64,000 nucleotides of DNA, taken from positions 3,367-67,366 of the forward strand of contig JAFDHG010000003.1 in assembly GCA_019308925.1 (NCBI GenBank), given 5' to 3'. This document shows positions 47,279-57,172 of the stretch, in pieces. Made by a program: the position numbers and the translations under genes. The notes under the pieces were generated by a model, which was not told the origin of the DNA, made no database searches, and saw only the letters and a list, made by a program, of their open reading frames with translations. Each line of letters starts with the position of its first letter. The first letter of the stretch is position 1. Source of the DNA: Deltaproteobacteria bacterium. Its GTDB lineage: Bacteria; Desulfobacterota; B13-G15; RBG-16-54-18.

Positions 47279-49288
47279 TCAAAGGGTTTGTCTTTCACTA
47301 GAACCCTGGGTCCCTAGATCCCTGGAACCCTCAAAGTCCTTTTCTTTTTTGAGCACCACCCAGTCCGTACTGCCCCTCTCCATCTCCTGGCAGAATTTGC
47401 GGTAGAGGGGGTAGTCCTCCAGGGGGATGGTGGTGGTCTTCCTTATCCGTTCTCCTTGATAGAATATCTTACCCTCCTCGTACCGATAACTGGAGCAAAA
47501 GTCAAAATAGGGGGTCTTTATCTCCACCGGTTTAGGCAGGTAATAGACCCCATATCCATCTGGGAGGTCTACCTCCACTTCATTTCTGAGGAAGTGGACG
47601 GAGCAAAGCTCTATGGGGTATTTGCGTCCTTCCTTGACAGGGGTAAGGCAGCTATATGACACGCCAGGCAACTGAAATATCAGGAGATCTCCCGCCCTTT
47701 TACAGTAGTCTTCAGCGATAAATCGGTATGTCTTGGTGAAGGGCCTCTTAAAATCAAAGGGATCGGAGATGCTGCAATCGATCAGTTTTGCCCCGGGGTG
47801 AAGGGCGCTTGCAGCCCCCTCAAATATCTCTCTCAATTCGGTGGGACCACAATCCATGTAGGTCGCCCGGTTGTATGCCCCTACATCGCCAAAGTCCAGG
47901 GACCTTTTTTCGACCTCTATAGAGCCATCAGGACCGATTCTAATGGTTTGCCTGTAAAGGACTCCATTTTCCCGGGGCCTAGCCAGGGGGGTGCGGGTGA
48001 AGATCCCTTGCTGGCCCTTAAAGAGGAGGGCATCCCGATCTTGATCCTCACTTGGGAGATAGTCAAAGGGATAGGTCTCCCCGGTGGGGTCGAGGAACTG
48101 ATATTTCCTCTCCCCTTCGATGGCGACGATACAGTGATTGAACTGAAAGGGGTAGGGGAAGTCTTTGATCAATCTTCCCACCCCACGTGTGGGGATCAAC
48201 ACATAGTAGGCAGGGACTCCAGCCGCCTTAAGCATGCTTATCAGAAGGGTGCTTTTGTCCTTACAATCTCCATACTTGTTTTCGAACACCTCCCGGGCCG
48301 GGGTCGGTTCGTATCCAGACTTTCCTAGATTGATGGAGACATATCTGATCTCAGTCTCAACATAATAGAAGAGGGCCTCTGCCTTCTCACCAGGGTCTTT
48401 TAGGCCCCCTGTCAACTCGGCAACCTTTTCCCGTATGGCCTCATCGGGTTCAATCTTGTCATCCTTCAGTCTGTTCCACCAGGAGAAGAAGTCCTTCCAA
48501 GAGCGGACAGTGGTGCCCTGGATGTTAAAGGCGATCTCCGAAAAAGGAGGCATGTTATACTCGGGCATGATCTGGGGGATATTTCTGTATTCCCATAGAA
48601 AGACCTTCTTACCTCCCTCATGATAGGTCTTGGGGGATGTGGCAAACTCCTTTAAGGGGTTTCTGATGTAATACCTCAGATCCATATCCTCGGGGGCAAT
48701 GACCTTGAACCTGGAGAGAAAGGCCGGTTCGTAACCCTGGAAATAGAACCTGCTTGCATATTCTCCCTCCATTGTGGGGCGCCTTTTCTCTATTACTACC
48801 TTGTAATCAATAATGGAGCCAACCACTATCCCAGGAAGGGAAAAGGTCAATATTTTGTACTCACCGTATGAGGGGTAATTGCTGTAGGGGGTTGCCATTG
48901 TTACTACGTCATCCTTCATGGGAAGGATTTCTCCCTCTGGGGTAATGGTCCTGGCGTATTCGACAAAGATGTTCTCGCGGCGGGAATTGTAGCCGATCTC
49001 CACGTTGGCGTATCCCTTCCCCCCTTCCTTGATCACCTTGAAGACCGTGTGCAGGGTGGATCTACAGGTGCGCTGAGCGAGGACTTCGTCCACTTTTTCG
49101 TCCAGGACCACGATGACTGAGGCATCGGGATAGAACTCATCCGGAGGGAGGATCTCTAGGAGGTGGATTACCTCATCATCTATCATCCCTTTTAGTTTAG
49201 AGAAATCAAGGGCTGGTGAGGAAAGAGGGACGGAGATTAGAATTAAAGGGAGAAGAAAGAAAAGAAGTATTTTCCTTGTCTTTTTCAT
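47279..49288 (-). CDS. exported DUF3857 plus transglutaminase-domain protein
   Basis: Signal peptide; IRYVS, YGDCKDKS, FNHCI and LDPT catalytic-triad motifs. Confidence 0.9.
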   Translation of the reverse strand: MKKTRKILLFFLLPLILISVPLSSPALDFSKLKGMIDDEVIHLLEILPPDEFYPDASVIVVLDEKVDEVLAQRTCRSTLHTVFKVIKEGGKGYANVEIGYNSRRENIFVEYARTITPEGEILPMKDDVVTMATPYSNYPSYGEYKILTFSLPGIVVGSIIDYKVVIEKRRPTMEGEYASRFYFQGYEPAFLSRFKVIAPEDMDLRYYIRNPLKEFATSPKTYHEGGKKVFLWEYRNIPQIMPEYNMPPFSEIAFNIQGTTVRSWKDFFSWWNRLKDDKIEPDEAIREKVAELTGGLKDPGEKAEALFYYVETEIRYVSINLGKSGYEPTPAREVFENKYGDCKDKSTLLISMLKAAGVPAYYVLIPTRGVGRLIKDFPYPFQFNHCIVAIEGERKYQFLDPTGETYPFDYLPSEDQDRDALLFKGQQGIFTRTPLARPRENGVLYRQTIRIGPDGSIEVEKRSLDFGDVGAYNRATYMDCGPTELREIFEGAASALHPGAKLIDCSISDPFDFKRPFTKTYRFIAEDYCKRAGDLLIFQLPGVSYSCLTPVKEGRKYPIELCSVHFLRNEVEVDLPDGYGVYYLPKPVEIKTPYFDFCSSYRYEEGKIFYQGERIRKTTTIPLEDYPLYRKFCQEMERGSTDWVVLKKEKDFEGSRDLGTQGSSERQTL
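47289..47333 (-). repeat. 8-bp-periodic element, copy D (left arm only), translated as the C-terminal tail of the transglutaminase gene
   Basis: Minus strand GGGTTCCA GGGATCTA GGGACCCA GGGTTCTA GTGAAAGACA closely matches copy A. Confidence 0.75.
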
Positions 49289-49637
49289 GAGGGGCCCTTA
49301 TGTTAATCAATTTTTATAAAATTTAGAGAAAATTGTAAACTATTTTTTGATAAATTTAGCCTGGCAAAAATAATGGTGATGGATCAAGCTCCTTAAGGGT
49401 AATACCTCAGTCTTGGGGGGAATGGGTTTCAAAGTGCCTCCCCCCTTGCAAGTGAGGCATTACTCCTTAAGGATAGCTTGTACTTGACAGAAATTAAAGC
49501 TAACTGTTAAAATCGTTCCGCACTATGAAGCAAGAAAAGACGTCTTCCATTGTCCCTTCCGATTGCGGTAAAAAGGACATCTGTACCGGGTGCTGGTCTG
49601 GTTTGTTATATCCTTTCAGACCCATCAGTAGACAAAG

Positions 49638-50597
49638 ATGAAGAAACGTCCTTACTTCAAATTCCCCGTTTTCAAGCGTCGCTGTATCATCATGGGGGAT
49701 GAAGATGAGGTTCAGGCGATAGAGGCCTTTCTCGCCGACTATCCCGTTTTTGATGTGGTGCATTTCACGAATCCCCATGGAATACCGGTTTCAGCGGGGA
49801 GGCCAAGGAGCTTGTATTCCTCATTGATTCACTTGAGCTGGATGAAATCATCCTTGGCAAAACAACCGATCTGGGCCCAGAAACGAGAGATGCCCTCCTT
49901 ACGTGCAGGGAGCAAAGGGTGGCAATTACCCCCTTTCCCCTTATTTACGAGGGTCTGACAGGGCGTATCCCTGTGGATTTTATAGGTGAGCGATGATGGC
50001 GCGCAGGAGCGCGGGATATATCCCGTGGCCAAGAGGCTCTGTGATATCACAGGGGCTGCCCTGGGGCTTGTGGGGTTTGGGCTCCTTTCCCCTTTTATTG
50101 CCCTGGCCATAAAACTCGATTCCCCAGGACCCATCTTCTATCGACAGACACGGGTAGGCAGGGGAGGCAAGACCTTTGTTATCAGGAAACTGCGCACCAT
50201 GGTAGCGGATGCTGAAAAAGAAGAAGACTTCTGGTCAAATCACACTGATCCCAGGGTGACCCGGGTAGGCCGCTGGTTGCGCAAAACAAGGCTTGACGAG
50301 GTCCCCCAGTACTGGAGGATCCTCAAGGGCGAGATGAGCATCGTGGGTCCCAGGCCAGAACGTCTCAATGTTGTAAAAAGGCTTGAGAAGGAGCTCCCCC
50401 TTTACCACCTGCGTTACATCGCAAAACCAGGGTTGGTAGGCTGGGCCATGGTTAATCGCGGTTATATGTGCAGCTTTGAGGATGCCAAGGTGAGGCACGA
50501 ATATGACCTATACTACGTAAAGCACCGGTCCTTCTGGTTTGATGCATTGATTTTTCTTAGGGCCTTTTGGCACTTGCTCACGATGAGGGGAAGGTGA
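49638..50597 (+). pseudogene. polyprenyl-phosphate sugar phosphotransferase (Bac_transf), frameshifted N-terminal part; C-terminal domain 49986-50597 intact
   Basis: KLRTM, DPRVTRVG, LDEVPQ, SIVGPRPE, KPGLVGWA, YDLYY; the upstream YEGLTGRIPV segment lies in another frame and ends in TGA at 49994. Confidence 0.75.
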
Positions 50598-51711
50598 TGA
50601 TCGCTGTTATTGGTGCTTCGAGTAGCGGGATTTTTGCTGCATGGCGCCTGGCACAGGAGGGTCATCCGGTACAGCTCTATGAAAAGGAGCCTGCCTTTCA
50701 GCCCTATGCCCGAAGGCTTATCGTGACCTCTTTGCTCTTTCAGTTCCTATCCCTCCCTGAGGATTTGATCCTCCATCAGATAGATGCCTTCGAGTTCATC
50801 GCTGATGGGTACCGAGGTCATATTCAGCTCAAAAGCCCTGATCTGATCCTAGAGCGCAGAGACCTCATCCAGTGGCTTGCAACAAAGGCGCAAAAAAGCG
50901 GGGTGGAATTAAGGGGGGATGGGTCTTTTCCGGCCTCAGCGAGGAAGTAAATGAGGTGAGGGTCAGGCTGCGCCACGCATCGACAGGACAACAGGAGGAG
51001 GTCTGCCCTTCTATCCTCATCAGTGCCGATGGGGCAGAGGGTTCAGTGGGGAAGACCCTGGGTCATCGACTGCCCACGGTCTCGCTGCTTCAGGCAAAGA
51101 TCACCCTTCCTCAAGATCATCCCCCAAACCTTGCCCGGATCTTGTTTAAGAGGGAGATAACGCCCTATTTCTTCTGGCTTTTCCCTGATTCCCCGCACAC
51201 CGGCATTGTAGGGGTCATCATGGATAATGGGGATGGGGTTAGGCAGGCCCTGGATGGGTTTATCCACCAGATGGAGTGTGAGCCGCTTGAGTACCAGGAG
51301 GGGTATACGTCCCTGTACATGCCCGATTTTAGACCGGAGCTAAAAAGGGGAGGACTACATATCTTCTTTGTGGGCGATGCTGCAGGGCAGGTGAAGGCCA
51401 CCACCGTGGGGGGGACGGTTGCAGGCCTTCGAGGGGCAGAGGCCTGTGTCAGGGTGATCAATAAAGGGACCTCTTATTGGCAGGAGCTTTCCCCTCTGAG
51501 AAGGGAACTCAGGGTCCATTCTTTAATTCGGAGGTTTTTGAACCCTCTGGATGATGGGGATTACGGGAAGGTCTTATCCTCTGTTGACGGGAAGGGGTCT
51601 TTTCCCGGCCGCTTTTCCCGCGATGAAATATCCTCTCATCTCATTCCTCTTCTCCTGAAACACCCTCGCTTTTCCTTCACGATATTAAAAGCTATGACAA
51701 AGGGCATGTAA
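50597..51711 (+). CDS. geranylgeranyl-reductase-like FAD oxidoreductase, split by a frameshift in a G6 run (50913-50918)
   Basis: VIGASSSG Rossmann motif, ADG, W.FP, VGDAAGQVK...GG spread over two overlapping ORFs. Confidence 0.75.
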
Positions 51712-51782
51712 AGGCGTAAAGCGTAAGGGGTGATACGTAACGGGTAGATAGTTATTGGTTTTGGGTTATTGGTTTTGAGTTA

Positions 51783-52383
51783 AACTTGATAATTCCCTGT
51801 GGCTTGCCACAGGGTTACCTTAGGTAGTAGTCTTGCCATGTGGTTAAGGAGGAAGAAAAAAGGGGTGAGGTAAAGAAAGGGTATCGTTGGGCATGGCAGA
51901 TACATTATCACGTAGTGTTTCCGGTGAAGTATAGGAGGGCATTGTTGGAAGAGGATGTGGTGGAGATAATAAAAGAGACAGCACGGGGAATACAAGAGAG
52001 CAAGAGAGGTATGCAATAGAGTTTGAAGCCTTGGGGATGGATAGAGACCATATTCATATACTTTGCAGTGCACATCCAAAGCTAGCTCCTGGTGAGATAG
52101 TAAGGATATTCAAGGGCATAACAGCGAGGGAGATTTTCAGGAGGGAACCGACGATAAAGAAGGAATTATGGGGAGGAGAGTTTTGGACAGATGGATATTA
52201 TGTTGCGACTGTAGAGGAGAGGGCAGACTGGGGGACAGTGGAGAGATACATAAAAAGACAAGGCAAACCAAGAGAGGAATTGAGGCAACTGAAATTATTT
52301 GATTGATACCCTGCGGCTTGCCGCAGGGTTATTCATTAAATTATTTGATTGATACCCTGCGGCTTGCCGCAGGGTTATTCATT
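51783..52383 (+). mobile_element. tnpA: IS200/IS605-family element with inactivated tnpA and duplicated right end
   Basis: Subterminal hairpins CCCTGTGGC-TT-GCCACAGGG and CCCTGCGGC-TT-GCCGCAGGG; YHVVFPVKYR, DHIH (HUH), LWGGEFW and YIKRQ motifs; 8-bp duplication at 51993-52008 shifts the frame. Confidence 0.9.
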
Positions 52384-52521
52384 GATCACTACCCTCAGCT
52401 TACCAGAGAGGATATACACGCCGCTCTGGCCTATGCGGCAGAGCTGTCCCACGAAAGTATCTGGAAAACCGCAGTGCCTGCATGAAGCTGAAGCTGGATG
52501 AGAACCTGTCCCGTCATCTGA
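52384..52521 (+). pseudogene. relic of a DUF433 antitoxin / DUF5615 PIN-toxin pair
   Basis: DHYPQLTREDIHAALAYAAE C-terminal half, overlapped (ATGA) by a truncated MKLKLDENLSRH. Confidence 0.7.
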
Positions 52522-52572
52522 CTAGGGGGTATTTCACGTTCAGCATTTCCCGATTTCAATGAGAATATTTGG

Positions 52573-52600
52573 TTGACTAAAGGTATATTTTAGGTATAAT
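52573..52600 (+). promoter_or_regulatory. sigma70 promoter of brnTA
   Basis: TTGACT-16 nt-TATAAT, 9 nt before the GTG. Confidence 0.6.
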
Positions 52601-52609
52601 AATTATATC

Positions 52610-52870
52610 GTGGAGTTTGAATTCGACGCAAAGAAAAGCCATGGTAATAAGGAAAAGCATGGGATCGACTTTTTCGAAGCGCAGGCACTCTGGGACGATC
52701 CTGATTTAATTGAAATTCCGGTAAAAACAAGCGATGAACCAAGATTTTTGGTAATCGGAAAGATTTCAGGAAAACATTGGTCAGGAGTTATTACGTATCG
52801 GGGTGAAAAGATAAGAATCATTTCGGTGCGGCGATCTAGGAAAGAGGAGGTAGACATATATGAAAGCTAA
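52610..52870 (+). CDS. brnT: BrnT family toxin
   Basis: FEFDAKKS..NKEKHGIDF...EPRF..IG...IRIISVR. Confidence 0.92.
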   Translation: MEFEFDAKKSHGNKEKHGIDFFEAQALWDDPDLIEIPVKTSDEPRFLVIGKISGKHWSGVITYRGEKIRIISVRRSRKEEVDIYES

Positions 52871-53084
52871 GGAATTTGATAAGGAATTTGATGAAGGCAA
52901 GGACATTTCCAAACACCTTGATATGTCAAAAGCGAGGAGACCGGAGCAGGAGCAGAAAAGAGTAAATGTAGATTTTCCGATGTGGATGATTAACTTATTG
53001 GATAAAGAAGCAAGACGGTTAGGTGTGCCCCGACAATCCATTATCAAAGTCTGGGTCGCTGAGCGACTTGAAAAGGCATCTTGA
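52860..53084 (+). CDS. brnA: BrnA/CopG family antitoxin
   Basis: MKAKEFD..FDEG, KRVNVDFP.WM..LD.EA.RLGV.RQSIIK. Confidence 0.9.
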   Translation: MKAKEFDKEFDEGKDISKHLDMSKARRPEQEQKRVNVDFPMWMINLLDKEARRLGVPRQSIIKVWVAERLEKAS

Positions 53085-53255
53085 ACTTGGTTATTCCCTG
53101 TAGCTTGCTACAGGGTTATCTTATCTTTTCTTCCCCCTCGATGGGGGAGGGTAGGTGGGGGTGATTCTAGGTGTCTTTTTCTCACCCTCCCCTTTATCCC
53201 CTCCCATCAAGGGAGGGGATAATAAGATACCCCGCAGCTTGCTGCGAGGTTCATT
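53084..53255 (+). mobile_element. non-autonomous IS200-end element enclosing a second palindromic repeat
   Basis: AACTTG...CCCTGTAGC-TT-GCTACAGGG left end and GATACCCCGCAGC-TT-GCTGCG...TTCATT right end mirror the IS at 51783; internal CCCCCTCGATGGGGG...CCCTCCCATCAAGGGAGGG. Confidence 0.75.
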
Positions 53256-53882
53256 GTGGCATTGAATGTCTTGGTGAGGCGTTGTATTCTTATACATTGA
53301 TGAGTCCGGCGAAATTGGTATGTTGACCTACCGCGCTGAATCTGACTTCTTGCAATGCTTCTCATTTAATCCCAAAGGCGCTCGGGGGATTTTCGCTTGA
53401 CCCTGAAGCCCGTTTTCGTTTGCAGTTTTGTATGAGCAGAGGGTGGTTATATTTGTTAGCAATCTTGAAACATAGAACTCCCCCCCTTACCTTTTGTCCC
53501 CTTTAACCTTCCTTAACATCACGAGTCGTTTTCATCAACTACCCATATATTTACCCATACTTTTCAGGACTTTCCCCAAAAATCCTCTATCAAATTGAAA
53601 TAGGCTATTGATATTAATAGCTTAGGAAGGATTGCATGTGGAAAGGTATGTTCTTGATGAAAAAATGGGGAAACTTTTTTCTCAAAAAATAGCCTCCTTT
53701 TGGTATGATGCAGGGTGTGGATTTATCAGTAAAATCCGCAACATACCACAGGAGGCCGTTATGAATATAGCACAGGTATGTGCCAAATTGCGAGCTCAGA
53801 TGGTGCTTTTTTTGGGGAAACTTTCTGGCTATTTCCCCTTGACACCGATGCCCGTTTTCGTTTACAGTTTTGTAATAGTCAT

Positions 53883-53957
53883 GGGCGGTTAACTCAGTGG
53901 GAGAGTGCTACCTTCACACGGTAGAAGTCACTGGTTCAAATCCAGTACCGCCTACCA
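53883..53957 (+). tRNA. tRNA-Val (CAC)
   Basis: Acceptor GGGCGGT/ACCGCCT, anticodon arm CTACC-TTCACAC-GGTAG, T-arm CTGG-TTCAAAT-CCAG, encoded CCA. Confidence 0.96.
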
Positions 53958-54071
53958 AGTTTGATCTTGTCAAGACCGCAGGGAACGGGAGGAAATCGGT
54001 GGTCAGACCACAAAGGGAAAGAAGGCCCTTTCTCCTCCCTGCGGTTTTTATTTTAGGCAGGGGAAAGCGCA

Positions 54072-54827
54072 ATGTCAGGTCACTCTAAGTGGTCGCAGAT
54101 TAAGAGGAAAAAGGGGGTCCAGGATGCCAAGAGGGGGAAGATCTTCAGCAAGCTGATCAGGGAGATCACGGTGGCTGCCCGATTGGGAGGAGGTGACCCG
54201 GAGGGGAACCCCAGGCTGAGGGCGGCCATTGCCGCCGCCAAGTTGGAGAACATGCCCAGGGACAACATCGAGAGGGCCATAAAAAAGGGGGCAGGAGAGC
54301 TTGGTGAGGGAGCAGCCTATGAGGATTTAATCTATGAGGGTTATGGCCCTGGTGGGGTGGCAGTTCTCATCGAGGCTATGACGGACAACAAGAATAGGAC
54401 CACTGCGGAGATTAGATATATCTTCTCTAAGTGTAACGCAAATTTGGGGGAAGCGGGGTGTGTCTCTTGGATGTTTCAAAAGAAGGGGTACATCGTGGTG
54501 GAAAGGGACGATGTGGACGAAGACAGGTTGATAGAAGTGGTCCTGGAGGCAGGAGCAGAGGATGTAAAGGAGGAGGGAGAAAAGGAGTATGAGGTGATCA
54601 CTGCTCCGCAGGACTGTGAGGCTGTAAAAGGGGCCCTGGAGCAGGCGGGGATTGAGTGCCTGCTGGCAGAGATCACTATGCACCCCCAAAGCACGATAAG
54701 GTTAGAGGGAAGGAATGCGGAGCAGGTGCTGCGCCTCATGGAGATGTTGGAGGATCATGACGATGTCCAAAAGGTCTACGCGAACTTCGACATCCCTGAG
54801 AACGTGATGGAACAGTTGAGTCGATGA
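54072..54827 (+). CDS. yebC: YebC/PmpR family protein
   Basis: [35 protein letters not shown]. Confidence 0.97.
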   Translation: MSGHSKWSQIKRKKGVQDAKRGKIFSKLIREITVAARLGGGDPEGNPRLRAAIAAAKLENMPRDNIERAIKKGAGELGEGAAYEDLIYEGYGPGGVAVLIEAMTDNKNRTTAEIRYIFSKCNANLGEAGCVSWMFQKKGYIVVERDDVDEDRLIEVVLEAGAEDVKEEGEKEYEVITAPQDCEAVKGALEQAGIECLLAEITMHPQSTIRLEGRNAEQVLRLMEMLEDHDDVQKVYANFDIPENVMEQLSR

Positions 54828-55336
54828 GGGTATTGGGGATAGACCCCGGCACACAGGTCATGGGTTATGGGGTGGTAGAAGAGGATAAGGGAGAACTGGG
54901 TCACATCGGCAATGGGATCCTCTCCCCCCAGGGAGAGCTGCCGGAGAGGCTGAAGGGGATCTATGATGGATTAACAGAGGTGATCCGCAAATACTCCCCT
55001 GAGGTGGTGGCCATGGAGAGCCCCTTTTTTGCGAAAAATGTGCTGAGCACCCTGAAATTGGGGCAGGTACAGGGGGTCATCTTGCTGGCAACAACCCATT
55101 GCTCTCTTGCCTCCTTTGCTTATACCCCCATGGAGGTCAAGTCCGCCGTCGCCGGTTACGGGAGGGCCACCAAGGTCCAGGTAAGGGAGATGGTAAAACG
55201 CCTCCTGGGGCTCGATCGGCCCCTTTCCTTGGACGCCTCCGATGCCCTGGCCGTGGCCATCTGCCACATCCACACCGCCGAACTAAAGGGGAGATATCAG
55301 CGACACCTCCTCCCCCGCCAAGCCCCCAGAAGATGA
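54824..55336 (+). CDS. ruvC: Holliday junction resolvase
   Basis: [27 protein letters not shown]. Confidence 0.97.
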   Translation: MRVLGIDPGTQVMGYGVVEEDKGELGHIGNGILSPQGELPERLKGIYDGLTEVIRKYSPEVVAMESPFFAKNVLSTLKLGQVQGVILLATTHCSLASFAYTPMEVKSAVAGYGRATKVQVREMVKRLLGLDRPLSLDASDALAVAICHIHTAELKGRYQRHLLPRQAPRR

Positions 55337-55932
55337 TATCTCAAATCCGTGGCCAATTGGTCTATAAATCTCCCGAGGAGATCATCATCGATGTCAATGG
55401 GGTAGGATATGGCGTCAAGGTCCCTCTTTCCACCTTCTATGAGCTCCCGGGGATAGGAGGGGATGTCCTCTTGCAGGTCCACACATATGTACGAGAGGAT
55501 ACCCTCCACCTGTACGGCTTTTTGACCCCAAAAGAGAAAGAGCTCTTTTGCCTATTGATCGGGGTCTCGGGTGTGGGGCCGAGGTTGGCCATCAACGTGC
55601 TGTCCGGTATTTCTGCTCAGGACCTGGAGAGGGCCTTGAAGGATGAGGACCTGCCCAGTTTGACCCGCATCCCCGGTGTGGGGAGAAAGACCGCCGAGAG
55701 GATGCTTGTGGAGTTAAAAGACAAGGTAGTCGCCTCTGCAACGGCGGTGGTCAGTGGCATTCAAGGTAAAGAGGGGGGGATGGTCAAGGATGCCCTTTCC
55801 GCCCTGGTCAACCTGGGTTATACAAGAGGAATAGCTGAGGAGGCCTTAAGGGATGTGTTACGGGAGAAGGGGGACGATCTCTCTTTAGAGGATCTCCTGA
55901 AGGAGTCCTTGCGGCTCCTGGTCAGGCATTGA
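55333..55932 (+). CDS. ruvA: Holliday junction branch migration protein
   Basis: MISQIRG, DVNGVGY, VRED..LYGF, VSGVGPRLA, IPGVGRKTAER; ATGA overlap with ruvC. Confidence 0.97.
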   Translation: MISQIRGQLVYKSPEEIIIDVNGVGYGVKVPLSTFYELPGIGGDVLLQVHTYVREDTLHLYGFLTPKEKELFCLLIGVSGVGPRLAINVLSGISAQDLERALKDEDLPSLTRIPGVGRKTAERMLVELKDKVVASATAVVSGIQGKEGGMVKDALSALVNLGYTRGIAEEALRDVLREKGDDLSLEDLLKESLRLLVRH

Positions 55933-55940
55933 GGTAGATA

Positions 55941-56951
55941 GTGAAAGATAAGCCTATTGTCTCAGAAGAGGAAATCCGCTTTGAGCAGGGGGTGCGCCCT
56001 CTATCCTTCGCGGAATACGTGGGCCAGGAGCGAGTCAAGGAGAACCTGAGGGTCTTTGTCGATGCCGCCGGTGAACGGGGGGAGGCCCTCGACCATGTCC
56101 TCTTTCACGGCCCTCCTGGTCTGGGCAAGACCACCTTGGCCCACATCATCGCCCATGAGCTAGGGGTGGGGATCAAGGCCACCTCCGGCCCAGCCATAGA
56201 GCGCACAGGGGATCTGGCGGCCATCCTCACCAATCTGCAGGAGAGGGACGTGCTGTTCATAGATGAGGTCCACCGCCTCAATCGGGTAGTGGAGGAGGCC
56301 CTCTACCCGGTGCTGGAGGACTTCGAGTTCGACATCGTCATTGGCCAGGGCCCCAGTGCCCGGGCCATCAAGCTGGATATCCCTCCCTTTACCCTGGTGG
56401 GGGCCACCACCAGGGCAGGGCTCCTCACCTCTCCCCTGAGGGACAGGTTTGGAGTGGTCTTCAGGGTAGACTACTATTCGCCGGAGGAGTTGGCTGTTAT
56501 CGTTGAGAGATCTGCACGTATCCTCGGGGTGAGCATAGATGGAGAGGGGGCCTGGGAGATCGCCTCCCGCTCCCGGGGTACCCCCAGGGTGGCCATTCGT
56601 CTTTTGCGCAGGGTACGGGACTACGCCCAGGTCAGGGAGGACGGTTCCATCACTAGGGAGGTGGCCCAAAGGTCCCTCGCCCAGATGGAGATCGACCAGT
56701 TGGGCCTCGATAACATGGACCGCAAGATCCTGCGAACCATCATTGAGAAGTTCAGCGGGGGCCCAGTGGGTGTAGATACCCTCTCCACGGCCATCAGTGA
56801 GGAGAAGGATACCATTGAGGACGTGTATGAGCCCTTTCTCATTCAGAAGGGGTATATCAATCGCACTGCCCGGGGGAGGGTAGCTACTAAACTCGCCTAT
56901 GAATACCTCGGGTTGCAGCCCCAGGGTGGCATGCAAGAGGGGCTCTTTTGA
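55941..56951 (+). CDS. ruvB: Holliday junction branch migration ATPase
   Basis: [36 protein letters not shown]. Confidence 0.98.
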   Translation: MKDKPIVSEEEIRFEQGVRPLSFAEYVGQERVKENLRVFVDAAGERGEALDHVLFHGPPGLGKTTLAHIIAHELGVGIKATSGPAIERTGDLAAILTNLQERDVLFIDEVHRLNRVVEEALYPVLEDFEFDIVIGQGPSARAIKLDIPPFTLVGATTRAGLLTSPLRDRFGVVFRVDYYSPEELAVIVERSARILGVSIDGEGAWEIASRSRGTPRVAIRLLRRVRDYAQVREDGSITREVAQRSLAQMEIDQLGLDNMDRKILRTIIEKFSGGPVGVDTLSTAISEEKDTIEDVYEPFLIQKGYINRTARGRVATKLAYEYLGLQPQGGMQEGLF

Positions 56952-56968
56952 TGACCACATTCCATAAA

Positions 56969-57113
56969 GGGTTCTAGGATTCCAGGATTCTAGGGCTTGC
57001 GGCGAGCTCCCTTCGGTCTGAGCGTTCGACTGAGCTCACGCCGAAGTCTCAGGGTCGAAGACAGCCGAGCGGTTATAGTGTATTTCACTCGACCCCTTGG
57101 CCTCTGGAACCCT
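56969..57113. repeat. 8-bp-periodic palindromic element, copy E, with triple-nested GAGCTC-core elements
   Basis: GGGTTCTA GGATTCCA GGATTCTA ... AGTG-TATTT-CACT CGACCCC TTGGCCTC TGGAACCC. Confidence 0.8.
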
Positions 57114-57172
57114 ATGAGATGAATTCTCGGGCCCCTTTTAGAATCTTCTTGGCGAGGAATCAGAATTTAAAA

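Noticed and set aside
49994..49996. In-frame TGA in the sugar transferase as possible selenocysteine
   Set aside because: Not a redox Cys position, no clear SECIS, and a frameshift is still needed to reach the catalytic domain
53280..53330. VFLYIDESGEIG reading resembling a DUF3800 N-terminus
   Set aside because: Only about 12 codons with no continuation; too short to call
53897..54088. 63-aa ORF MGECYLHTVEVTGSNPVPPT
   Set aside because: It is a translation of the tRNA-Val gene and its trailer
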